Assembly: GCA_964016885.1 (NCBI GenBank)
Contig: OZ024743.1
Coordinates: 252,340,001-252,404,000 of the forward strand
Reading direction: 5' to 3'
Length of the DNA stretch: 64,000 nucleotides
DNA from: Eledone cirrhosa
Lineage: Eukaryota
Shown here: positions 42,701-54,590 of the stretch, in pieces
Position numbering within the stretch: the stretch's first letter is position 1
How the letters are laid out: each line of letters opens with the position of its first letter
Program-made: the position numbers and the translations under genes
Notes under the pieces: model-generated
What the model was told of the DNA's origin: nothing
Seen by the model: the letters and a program-made list of their open reading frames with translations, nothing else
Databases searched by the model: none

Positions 42701-45700
42701 CATGTTTGACACATTCTTCATGTGTCTCTCTAATTCTTTAGGGTCACACATGTTAGACACATTCTTCATGTGTCTCTCTGGTTCTTTAGGGTCACACATG
42801 TTTGACACATTCTTCATGTGTCTCTCTATTTCTTTAGGGTCACACATGTTAGACACATTCTTCATGTGTCTCTCTAGTTCTTTAGGGTCACACATGTTTG
42901 ACACATTCTTCATGTGTCTCTCTATTTCTTTAGGTTCACACATGTTTGACACATTCTTCATGTCTCTCTCTATTTCTTTATGGTCACACATGTTAGACAC
43001 ATTCTTCATGTGTCTCTCTAGTTCTTTTGGGACACACATGTGGGACACATTCTTCATGTGTCTTTCTAGTTATTTAGGGTCACACATGTTTGACACATTC
43101 TTCATGTGTCTCTCTTGTTCTTTAGGATCACACATGTTTGACACATTCTACATGTGTCTCTCTATTTCTTTAGGTTCACACATGTTAGACACATTCTTCA
43201 TGTGCCTCTCTAGTTCTTTAGGGTCACACATCTTTGACACATTCTTCATGTGTCTCTCTAGTTCTTTAGGGTCACACATGTTTGACACATTCTTCATGTG
43301 ACTTTCTAGTTCTTTAGGATTACACATGTTTGATACATTCTTCATGTCTCTCTATTTCTTTAGGGTCACACATGTTTGACACATTCTTCATGTGTCTCTC
43401 TATTTCTTTAGGGTCACACATGTTTGACACATTCTTCATGTGTCTCTGTAGTTCTTTAGGGTCACACATGTTTGACACATTCTTCATGTGACTTTCTAGT
43501 TCTTTAGGATCACACATGTTTGACACGTTCTTCATGTGTCTCTCTGGTTCTTTAGGGTCACACATGTTTGACACATTTTTCATGTGTTTCTCTAGTTCTT
43601 TAAGGTCACACATGTTTGACACATTCTTCATGTGTCTCTTTAGTTCTTTAGGGTCACACATGTTTGACACATTCTTCATGTGTCTCTCTATTTCTTTTAG
43701 GGTCACACATGTTAGACACATTCTTCATGTGTCTCTCTAGTTCTTTAGGGTCACACATGTTTGACACATTCTTCATGTGTCTCTCTAGTTCTTTAGGGAC
43801 ACACATGTGGGACACATTCTTCATGTGTCTTTCTAGTTCTTTAGGGTCACACATGTTTGACACATTCTTCATGTGTCTCTCTTGTTCTTTAGGATCATAC
43901 ATGTTTGACACATTCTACATGTGTCTCTCTATTTCTTTAGGGTCACACATGTTAGACACATTCTTCATGTGTCTCTCTAGTTCTTTAGGGTCACACATGT
44001 TTGACACATTCTTCATGTGTCTCTCTAGTTCTTTAGGGTCACACATGTTTGACACATTCTTCATGTGACTTTCTAGTTCTTTAGGATTACACATGTTTGA
44101 TACATTCTTCATGTCTCTCTATTTCTTTAGGGTCACACATGTTTGACACATTCTTCATGTGTCTCTCTATTTCTTTAGGGTCACACATGTTAGACACATT
44201 CTTCATGTGTCTCTGTAGTTCTTTAGGGTCACACATGTTTGACACATTCTTCATGTGACTTTCTAGTTCTTTAGGATCACACATGTTTGACACATTCTTC
44301 ATGTGTCGCTCTATTTCTTTAGTGTCACACATGTTTGACACATTCTTCATGTGTCTCTCTAGTTCTTTAGGGTCACACATGTTTGACACATTCTTCATGT
44401 GTCTCTCTATTTCTTTAGGGTCACACATGTTTGACACATTCTTCATGTGTCTCTCTAGGTCTTTAAGGTCACATATGTTTGACACATTCTTCATGTGTCT
44501 CTCTATTTCTTTAGGATCACACATGTTTGACACATTCTTCATGTGTCTCGCTAGTTCTTTAGGGTCACACATGTTTGACACATTCTTCATGTGTCTCTCT
44601 AGTTCTTTAGGGTCACAAATGTTTGACACATTCTTCATGTGTCGCTCTATTTCTTTAGTGTCACACATGTTTGACACATTCTTCATGTGTCTCTCTAGTT
44701 CTTTAGGGTCACACATGTTTGACACATTCTTCATGTGTCTCTCTATTTCTTTAGGGTCACACATGTTTGACACATTCTTCATGTGTCTCTCTAGGTCTTT
44801 AAGGTCACATATGTTTGACACATTCTTCATGTGACTTTCTAGTTCTTTAGGGTCACACATGTTTGACATATTCTTCATGTGTCTCTCTATTTCTTTAGGG
44901 TCACACATGTTTGACACATTCTTCATGTGTCTTTCTAGTTCTTTAGGGTCACACATGTTTGACACATTCTTCATGTGACTTTTCTAGTTCTTTAGGGTCA
45001 CACATGTTTGACACATTCTTCATGTGTCTCTCTAGTTCTTTAGGGTCACACATGTTTGACACATTCTTCATATGTCTCTCTATTTCTTTAGGGTCACACA
45101 TGTTTGACACATTCTTCATGTGTCTTTCTAGTTCTTTAGGGTCACACATGTTTGACACATTCTTCATGTGTCTTTCTAGTTCTTTAGGGTCACACATGTT
45201 TGACACATTCTTCATGTGACTTTCTAGTTCTTTAGGGTCACACATGTTTGACACATTCTTCATGTGTCTCTCTATTTCTTTAGGGTCACACATGTTTGAC
45301 ACATTCTTCATGTGACTTTCTAGTTCTTTAGGGTCACACATGTTTGACACATTCTTCATGTGACTTTCTAGTTCTTTAGGGTCACACATGTTTTACACAT
45401 TCTTCATGTGTCTCTCTATTTCTTTAGGGTCACACATGTTTGACACATTCTTCATGTGTCTCTCTAGTTCTTTAGGATCACACATGTTTGACACATTCTT
45501 CATGTGTCTCTCTATTTCTTTAGGGTCACACATTTTTGACACATTCTTCATGTGTCTCTTTAGTTCTTTAGGGTCACACAGGTTTGACACATTCTTCATG
45601 TGTCTCTCTAGTTCTTTGGGTCAGACATGTTTGACACATTCTTCATGTGTCTCTCTATTTCTTTAGGATCACACATGGTTGACACATTCTTCATGTGTCT

Positions 45701-48700
45701 CTCTAGTTCTTTAGGGTCATACATGTTAGACACATTCTTCATGTGTCTCTCTAGTTATTTAGGGTCACACATGTTTGACACATTCTTCATGTGACTCTCT
45801 AGTTCTTTAGGGTCACACATGTTTGACACATTCTTCATGTGTCTCTCTATTTCTTTAGAGTCACACATGTTTGACACATTCTTCATGTGTCTTTCTAGTT
45901 CTTTAGGGTCACACATGTTTGACACATTCTTCATGTGTCTCTCTAGTTCTATAGGGTCACACATGTTTGACACATTCTTCATGTGGCTTTCTAGTTCTTT
46001 AAGGTCACACATGTTTGACATATTCTTCATGTGTCTCTCTATTTCTTTAGGGTCACACATGTTTGACACATTCTTCATGTGACTTTCTAGTTCTTTAGGG
46101 TCACACATGTTTGACACATTCTTCATGTGTCTCTCTATTTCTTTAGGGTCACACATGTTTGACACATTCTTCATGTGTCTCTCTAGTTCTTTAGGGTCAC
46201 ACATGTTTGACACATTCTTCATGTGTCTCTCTATTTCTTTAGGGTCACACATGTTAGACACATTCTTCATGTGTCTCTCTAGTTCTTTAGGGTCACACAT
46301 GTTTGACACATTCTTCATGTGTCTCTCTATTTCTTTAGGTTCACACATGTTTGACACATTCTTCATGTCTCTCTCTATTTCTTTAGGGTCACACATGTTA
46401 GACACATTCTTCATGTGTCTCTCTAGTTCTTTTGGGACACACATGTGGGACACATTCTTCATGTGTCTTTCTAGTTCTTTAGGGTCACACATGTTTGACA
46501 CATCTTCATGTGTCTCTCTTGTTCTTTAGGGTCACACATGTTTGACACATTCTACATGTGTCTCTCTATTTCTTTAGGTTCACACATGTTAGACACATTC
46601 TTCATGTGTCTCTCTAGTTCTTTAGGGTCACACATGTTTGACACATTCTTCATGTGTCTCTCTAGTGCTTTAGGGTCACACATGTTTGACACATTCTTCA
46701 TGTGACTTTCTAGTTCTTTAGGATTACACATGTTTGATACATTCTTCATGTCTCTCTATTTCTTTAGGGTCACACATGTTTGACACATTCTTCATGTGTC
46801 TCTCTATTTCTTTAGGGTCACACATGTTTGACACATTCTCCATGTGTCTCTGTAGTTCTTTAGGGTCACACATGTTTGACACATTCTTCATGTGACTTTC
46901 TAGTTCTTTAGGATCACACATATTTGACACATTCTTCATGTGTCTCTCTAGTTCTTTAGGGTCACACATGTTTGACACATTCTTCATGTGTCTCTTTAGT
47001 TCTCTAGGGTCACAAATGTTTGACACATTCTTCATGTGTCTCTCTAGTTCTTTAGGGTCACACATGTTTGACACATTCTTAATGTGTGTTTCTAGTTCTT
47101 TAGGGTCACACATGTTTAACACATTCTTCATGTGTCACTCTAGTTCTTTAGGGTCGCAGAGGTTCGACACATTCTTCATCTGCCTCTCTAGTTCTTTAGG
47201 GTCACGCATGTTTGACGCATTCTTCATGTCTCTCTATTTCTTTAGGGTCACACATGTTTGACACATTCTTCATGTGTCTCTCTAGTTCTTTAGGCTCACA
47301 CATGTTTGACACATTCTTCATGTGTCTCTCTATTTCTTTAGGGTCACACAAGTTTGACACATTCTTCATGTGTTTCTCTAGTTCTTTAAGGTCACACATG
47401 TTTGACACATTCTTCATGTGTCTCTTTAGTTCTTTAGGGTCACACATGTTTGACACATTCTTCATGTGTCTCTCTATTTCTTTAGGGTCACACATGTTAG
47501 GCACATTCTTCATGTGTCTCTCTAGTTCTTTAGGGTCACACATGTTTGACACATTCTTCATGTGTCTCTCTATTTCTTTAGGTCACACATGTTTGACACA
47601 TTCTTCATGTCTCTCTCTATTTCTTTAGGGTCACACATGTTAGACACATTCTTCATGTGTCTCTCTAGTTCTTTAGGGTCACACATGTTTGACACATCTT
47701 CATGTGTCTCTCTTGTTCTTTAGGGTCACACATGTTTGACACATTCTACATGTGTCTCTCTATTTCTTTAGGTTCACACATGTTAGACACATTCTTCATG
47801 TGTCTCTCTAGTTCTTTAGGGTCACACATGTTTGACACATTCTTCATGTGTCTCTCTAGTGCTTTAGGGTCACACATGTTTGACACATTCTTCATGTGAC
47901 TTTCTAGTTCTTTAGGATTACACATGTTTGATACATTCTTCATGTCTCTCTATTTCTTTAGGGTCACACATGTTTGACACATTCTTCATGTGTCTCTCTA
48001 TTTCTTTAGGGTCACACATGTTTGACACATTCTCCATGTGTCTCTGTAGTTCTTTAGGGTCACACATGTTTGACACATTCTTCATCTGACTTTCTAGTTC
48101 TTTAGGATCACACATATTTGACACATTCTTCATGTGTCTCTCTAGTTCTTTAGGGTCACACATGTTTGACACATTCTTCATGTGTCTCTTTAGTTCTCTA
48201 GGGTCACAAATGTTTGACACATTCTTCATGTGTCTCTCTAGTTCTTTAGGGTCACACATGTTTGACACATTCTTAATGTGTGTTTCTAGTTCTTTAGGGT
48301 CACACATGTTTGACACATTCTTCATGTGTCTCTCTATTTCATTAGGGTCACACATGTTTGACACATTCTTCATGTGTCACTCTAGTTCTTTAGGGTCGCA
48401 GAGGTTCGACACATTCTTCATCTGCCTCTCTAGTTCTTTAGGGTCACGCATGTTTGACGCATTCTTCATGTCTCTCTATTTCTTTAGGGTCACACATGTT
48501 TGACACATTCTTCATGTGTCTCTCTAGTTCTTTAGGCTCACACATGTTTGACACATTCTTCATGTGTCTCTCTATTTCTTTAGGGTCACACAAGTTTGAC
48601 ACATTCTTCATGTGTTTCTCTAGTTCTTTAAGGTCACACATGTTTGACACATTCTTCATGTGTCTCTTTAGTTCTTTAGGGTCACACATGTTTGACACAT

Positions 48701-50190
48701 TCTTCATGTGTCTCTCTATTTCTTTAGGGTCACACATGTTAGACACATTCTTCATGTGTCTCTCTAGTTCTTTAGGGTCACACATGTTTGACACATTCTT
48801 CATGTGTCTCTCTATTTCTTTAGGTCACACATGTTTGACACATTCTTCATGTCTCTCTCTATTTCTTTAGGGTCACACATGTTAGACACATTCTTCATGT
48901 GTCTCTCTAGTTCTTTAGGGACACACATGTGGGACACATTCTTCATGTGTCTTTCTAGTTCTTTAGGGTCACACATGTTTGACACATTCTTCATGTGTCT
49001 CTTTTGTTCTTTAGGATCACACATGTTTGACACATTCTACATGTGTCTCTATTTCTTTAGGGTCACACATGTTAGACACATTCTTCATGTGTCTCTCTAG
49101 TTCTTTAGGGTCACACATGTTTGACACATTCTTCATGTGTCTCTCTAGTTCTTTAGGGTCACACATGTTTGACACATTCTTCATGTGACTTTCTAGTTCT
49201 TTAGGATTACACATGTTTGATACATTCTTCATGTCTCTCTATTTCTTTAGGGTCACACATGTTTGACACATTCTTCATGTGTCTCTCTATTTCTTTAGGG
49301 TCACACATGTTAGACACATTCTTCATGTGTCTCTGTAGTTCTTTAGGGTCACACATGTTTGACACATTCTTCATGTGACTTTCTAGTTCTTTAGGATCAC
49401 ACATGTTTGACACATTCTTCATGTGTCTCTCTAGTTCTTTAGGGTCACACATGTTTGACACATTCTTCATGTGTCTCTTTAGTTCTTTAGGGTCACAAAT
49501 GTTTGACACATTCTTCATGTGTCTCTCTATTTCTTTAGGGTCACACATGTTTGACACATTCTTCATGTGTGTTTCTAGTTCTTTAGGGTCACACATGTTT
49601 GACACATTCTTCATGTGTCTCTCTATTTCTTTAGAGTCACACATGTTTGACACATTCTTCATGTGTCTCTCTAGGTCTTTAGGGTCACATATGTTTTACA
49701 CATTCTTCATGTGACTTTCTAGTTCTTTAGGGTCACACATGTTTGACACATTCTTCATGTGTCTCTCTAGTTCTTTAGGGTCACACATGTTTGACACATT
49801 CTTCATGTGTCTTTGCAGTTCTTTAGGATCACACATGTTAGACACATTCTTCATGTGTCTCTCTAGTTCTTTAGGGTCACACATGTTTGACACATTCTTC
49901 ATGTGTCTCTCTAGTTCTTTAGGGTCACACATGTTTGACACATTCTTCATGTGTCTCTCTAGTTCTTTAGGGTCACACATGTTTGACACATTCTTCATGT
50001 GTCTCTCTAGTTGTTTAGGGTCACACATGTTTGACACATTCTTCATGTGTCTCTCTAGTTCTTTAGGGTCACACATGTTTGACACATTCTTCATGTGTCT
50101 CTCTAGTTCTTTAGGATCACACATGTTTAACACATTCTTCATGTGTCTATCTCGTTCTTTAGGGACACACATGTGGGACACATTCTTCAT
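3731..50190. repeat. 48-bp tandem satellite array, ~46.5 kb, ~960-970 monomers. Consensus TGTGTCTCTCTAGTTCTTTAGGGTCACACATGTTTGACACATTCTTCA
   Basis: Uninterrupted head-to-tail monomers in one orientation. Recurrent variants: ctag/ctat, ctct/cttt, gtgtc/gtgac, gggtc/ggatc, plus 46-, 47- and 49-bp indel monomers. Copy number estimated from length/48. Confidence 0.99.
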
Positions 50191-50990
50191 CATCTTTAAT
50201 AGGTCTGCTATTAGGATATTGATTTTCATGTTTTTTGAAATTACAAAGCCAGGGGTGGATATGAAGATACTTGGATGCTCATATCTTTAGTGTAATTTAA
50301 CTGGAAGATTTGTATCTTAACTTTTCTAGTTTCCTGGCAGTTAATCTGCTGTTGGAGTGTTTAGCTGAAGAATCTATGGTTACCTTAATACATATACACT
50401 GGAAGATTGTGTTGGCTATTTACTAGAGGCTCCTTAGTCTTTACCTCTAATTACTGGATGTTATCCTGTGGTAGTGCTTTTACTGCTTTATTTATGTCAT
50501 CTATGTAGTGGGGAACTTAGTCAGGACTATGGAGCTTTATGCTAAGCGTTCCATGTCATAAAGAGGTTGGCTATATATAGCCAGCGATGCCAATTCTGAT
50601 GGGCGCATCACTCATTCCTAGACATGTTTTACCATTGAATTTGAATATATTTCCATGTTGTTCTTATACTTCTGCCAACAGCATATGCAATCATTTTGCT
50701 CAAACGTTTATGAATTTTGGGACTCTGTATGATTCTCATCCACCCATTCCATCTTTCTTTTTGGGTCTTTGTTGCAATTGAGGTATGGTTGGTGGTCTGC
50801 CTGTCTGGCTAGATGGTATAAAAACTACTAGGTTTAAGTCTGTCTAGATATTTCTAGTGAAAATTGTGTCAAAGAAGGGACCCCAGTTACTTGGCACCAA
50901 CCTTTCAGGACACTACATCAATCTTGCTGCAACAAAATCAATAATAATGGAAAAATGTAGGGAGACCACATCCACACTAACTATTATGCA
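50191..50990 (-). pseudogene. Penelope-like element, reverse transcriptase core (decayed)
   Basis: Minus-strand motifs in the expected order across frameshifts: IIVSVDVVSLHFSI (~50987-50946), TGRPPTI (~50805-50785), IFKFNGK...APIRIGIAG / IANLFMTW (~50650-50550), YIDDINKAV (YIDD at 50496-50507), IANTIF, IKVTIDSSAKHSNSRL (~50389-50342), YTKDM..KYLH, KINILIADLLKMMKNVS running directly into the array. Confidence 0.82.
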
Positions 50991-51021
<31 letters not shown>

Positions 51022-51035
51022 CATATATATGTGTG

Positions 51036-54000
51036 TCATCATCATCATCATCATCATCAACGTTTAACGTCCGTGTTCCACGCTTGCATGGGTTTGGACG
51101 GGGGATTTCCCACTTGAGGCAAGACTGATTGTCTTGCTCGCATAGGACTGTCTGGCAGGTTTTCTACAGTTGGATGCCCTTCCTAACACCAACCACATTT
51201 ACAGTGTGGGTCTGGGAGGTTTTTACCATGTTACCTACACGGCCACATTACAGCGTGGACTGTGTGTTTTTTCGTCGTGACACCTACACGATCTCATTTG
51301 TTTCGGCCTGGATGGTGTGGCACCAACATAACTTTACATAGAAGGGGGCGGTGTGGATGGGGTAGGGGTGGTGGGACGGGGGTGTATTTTGTTAGAGATG
51401 CCTACTGACTGTAGTAGGTTTTACTATGTATTTAGGTAAGGCGGGTCTTCTCTATTACTGAGTACCGCCAAAGGTCTCGGTCCAGTGACATTGTCTTGGA
51501 GAGGTGTAAGTGTGTGAGGTCGGAGTATATCAGCTCGTCCCAGGTTTTTCTAGGTCTGCCTATTCCATGGCTACCGTCTATCTTTATTGCCCTGCACTTT
51601 GTTATACAGCTATCAACTTTCTTGCGCATCATGTGTCCATACCAATGTAGCCTTCTCTCGAGTAAACAACATCTGATCCCTCTTATTTCTAATTTTTTCC
51701 TTAGTCTGTTTATGCTTTGCCGTTCACGTATATTACTATTACACATCCAGCGGAGCATGCAAGCTTCGTTCCTCTCTAGTCTGCGTATATCCTCTGCACA
51801 CAATGCCCAGGTCTCACTGCCATGCAACATTGCTGTTCGTATGCAGGCATCATACAACCTGCCTTTCATTTTTAGGGAGAACCCTTTAGCGGCTAATAGT
51901 GGTATTAGCTCTCTGAACTTTTTCCATCCAGTTCTGACTCTAGCTACTGTACTTTCAGAGCACCCTCCCACACTGCTGATTTTGTCACCCAGGTAACGGA
52001 AGCTGTCCACTATTTCTATAGAGACCTCTGCGCAGTTGAAAGAGCTAGTAATTTGTGGGCACTTGCTGCTACTTATTGCACCAGAGCACCGGCCACATGT
52101 GAAATCTATGTTCTTAGTTAGCTTACCTGTGTTCCCACTACATCTTTTATGCACCCATACTTTGCATTTCTGACACAAAATGGAGTTTCTACCTACGCCT
52201 TTCCTACACACTGAGCATGGCCACTTCCCGGAAGGGACTGCCGCGTTATTTTCTTTCCTACAAACTAGAACTTTGGTCTTAGCCAGGTTAATTTTAAGGC
52301 CTTTTGATTCTAGGCCGTGCTTCCATGTTTGGAATTTCTTCTCTAGCTCGGCCATTGATTCAGCTATGAGTGTTAGGTCGTCTGTGTATAGGAGTTCCCA
52401 TGGGCAGCCGGTCTTGAACTCCTCTGTTATAGCCTGAAGGGCAATAATAAATAGTAGGGGGCTGAGAACAGAGCCCTGATGGACGTCAACTTTTACGCTA
52501 AACTCTTCACTATATTCGTTGTTAATTCTAACCTTACTGACTGTTTCTTTATACATGGCTTGTATAGCTCTCACAAGCCATTCATCGACACCTAGTTTTC
52601 TAAGAGCCCACCAGATAATGGAACAGGGGACTCTGTCGAAGGCTTTCTCCAAGTCGACAAAAGCTAAGTATAGGGGTTTACTTTTAGCTAGGTACTTCTC
52701 CTGTAGTTGTCGTACAATGAAAAGAGCGTCTGTGGTACTTTTGCCTGACACAAACCCGAACTGCATTTCATCTAGGTCAATTCTCTCTCTGATTAGTTGC
52801 GCTATTACTTTTTCCGTGACCTTCATGACCTGGTCGATTAATTTAATGCCTCTATAGTTACTCCTATCTAGGGCATCTCCTTTACCCTTATAACAGTTAA
52901 CGATGATGCTGCTACGCCAGTCCTTCGGAACAACCCCATTCTGTACGACTTGGTTAACTATCCGGGTGACCATGGTGTGTCCCACCGTGCCAGATGCCTT
53001 CAGCATCTCAGCAACTATTTCCGAAGGCCCAGCTGCCTTACCCGTCTTCATATCCTTGATTGCCTTACTTATTATACTACCCTCGACTAACACTGCTGGT
53101 CCCTCTATTGGGTCGATGTGGGGGAGACTGTCTTTCTCCCATTTATTCTCCTCATTTAGTAGCCTTTCATAGTGACACTTCCAAGCTACCTTCTTATCAG
53201 CGTCGGTGATGGCAAGTACGCCGTCATCATTAAGTACACACTTCTCCCCGACAATATCACGGTTTTTCCTTGACACATTGCCTAACAATCCTGAACACCT
53301 CACGTTTTTGGTCCTCGCGTTGTAGAACATGCTTGAACTTTCTTTCCTCTGCTTCCCTTCTTGCGAAGTACACTTGTCTCCTAGCTTCCCTCCTGGCCAC
53401 TTGATAGTCTTCTCTACTTCCCCCATCCCGTCATACTTTCCAAGCCTGCTTTTTGGCCTTAATTGACCCCTCCACCTTACTGTTCCACCACCATGTTACT
53501 CTCCTCCTGCCTATAGGTCTGCTCCAGCCACAGACTTCGTCTGCCGCCATCAGCAGGTTTGCTTTCAGGAATTCCCACTGCTCCTCTATATTGTACGACT
53601 TTAATTGCTCTTCCTTACTGTCGAAAGCATCAAGTAGTATGCTTTTAAATTTATTTCTGGCTGTGGGGTCATTTAGCTTCCATATTTTTCTCCTGAGAAT
53701 AGTCCTCTTCTGTTGTCTAGTACGTCTCGTCCTGACTATTAGGTCGCTAATTATCAGTCTATGTTGGGAGGTGCATTCTTCATGGGGGAGGGATTTAGTG
53801 TTTACAACAGACACTCTGTCACGTCTTCTGGTAAGGATATAATCTACCTGGCTTGTGTGTTCCCCGGATCTATAGGTGATCAGGTGATTGTCACGTTTTT
53901 TGAAGTTAGTGTTACAGATAGTTAGGTTATTTGCGTCACAGAATTCCAGGATTCTGGAGCCTTCCTCATTTCTAGTACCAATCCCATAGCCTCCATGGAT

Positions 54001-54590
54001 TCCGTCATAGCCGTCACAATGTTGTCCAACGTGACCATTTAGTTCGCCTGCAATGATTATATAGTCACTGTCGGTTATTTGGGAGGTAGTGAGCATCAGT
54101 GTCTCACAGAATCTGTCTTTTATAGTGCCGGGCAGTCCGGATTGGGGTGCGTACACAGATATTACTGTCACCGTAGTTCTATTGAGGAAAAGTCTTATTT
54201 TAATTATTCTGTCGTTCACTCTATTTACGTCTATTATCTTATCTGCCCACTTTTCTGCTACCATGATACCTACTCCACCCAGCCCATCGTCATTTCCCAC
54301 CCAGAAAAGCTTATAGCATCGTTTTTTACCCTCAATGAATCTAGCAGACCCACCCCTCCACCTGGTCTCTTGAATACAACAAACATCGACCTCCTTACGT
54401 TCAAGCATTTCTACAACCTCGTCAGAGCGACCCTTTAAGGTGCCTACATTTATGGTACCAACTCTGAAGTTTTGGATTGCGTTTGGAGGGTGGGGACGGT
54501 GGGGAGCGGGGGGAGATGAGGTTATGTTAGCCATCCGCGGCCGAAACAAAGAGGAGTGCTCGCATTCTCGTCCACGAGGTGAATTTGTCT
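51036..54590 (-). mobile_element. RTE-clade non-LTR retrotransposon (LINE), near full length
   Basis: Short 5' UTR, single APE+RT reading frame, ~370-bp 3' UTR and (GAT)n tail (catcat... at 51037-51058). Possible TSD 'tatatgtgtgt' at 51026-51036 and 54591-54601, but it is low complexity. Confidence 0.93.
51432..54534 (-). pseudogene. RTE ORF: APE endonuclease + reverse transcriptase with internal PHD-like finger; inactivated
   Basis: ATG at 54534 (MANITS...). APE motifs: GTINVGTL, CIQETRW, SVYAPQ, GELNGH (canonical GD.N), QVDYIL, SQHRL. RT motifs: KAAGPS, NYRGIKL, QFGF, FVDLEKAFDRV, HQGSVLSP, LYTDD, FRYLG. The two track ORFs join into one if the TGA at 53431-53433 is read as W and one extra A near 53263-53267 is removed (...WKV*RDGGSREDYQVARREARRQ...KENRDIVG). 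Confidence 0.93.

Noticed and set aside
3731-50190. CRISPR array
   Set aside because: There are no unique spacers: the variable positions are point variants of one 48-bp monomer. No cas genes; eukaryotic context.
3731-50190. Telomeric or interstitial telomeric repeat
   Set aside because: Only one TTAGGG per 48 bp, never in tandem; it is explained by the D-P-K codons on the minus strand.
3780-50229. Giant repetitive protein gene (MKNVSNMCDPKELERH)n or antisense (MFDTFFMCLSSSLGSH)n
   Set aside because: The ORFs follow from a stop-free 48-bp unit. Frameshifting 46- and 49-bp monomers (same phase shift, so not compensating) and nonsense variants were copied repeatedly with the blocks, as expected for neutral DNA. 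Transcription cannot be excluded without RNA data.
3040-50990. Assigning the PLE to the Naiad clade
   Set aside because: Naiads have an N-terminal GIY-YIG. Here the nuclease is C-terminal with a Cys-rich linker (Neptune/Nematis-type); the exact clade needs an RT phylogeny.
51496-54438. Plus-strand ORFs of 75-166 aa
   Set aside because: Antisense shadows of the RTE ORF with no recognisable motifs.
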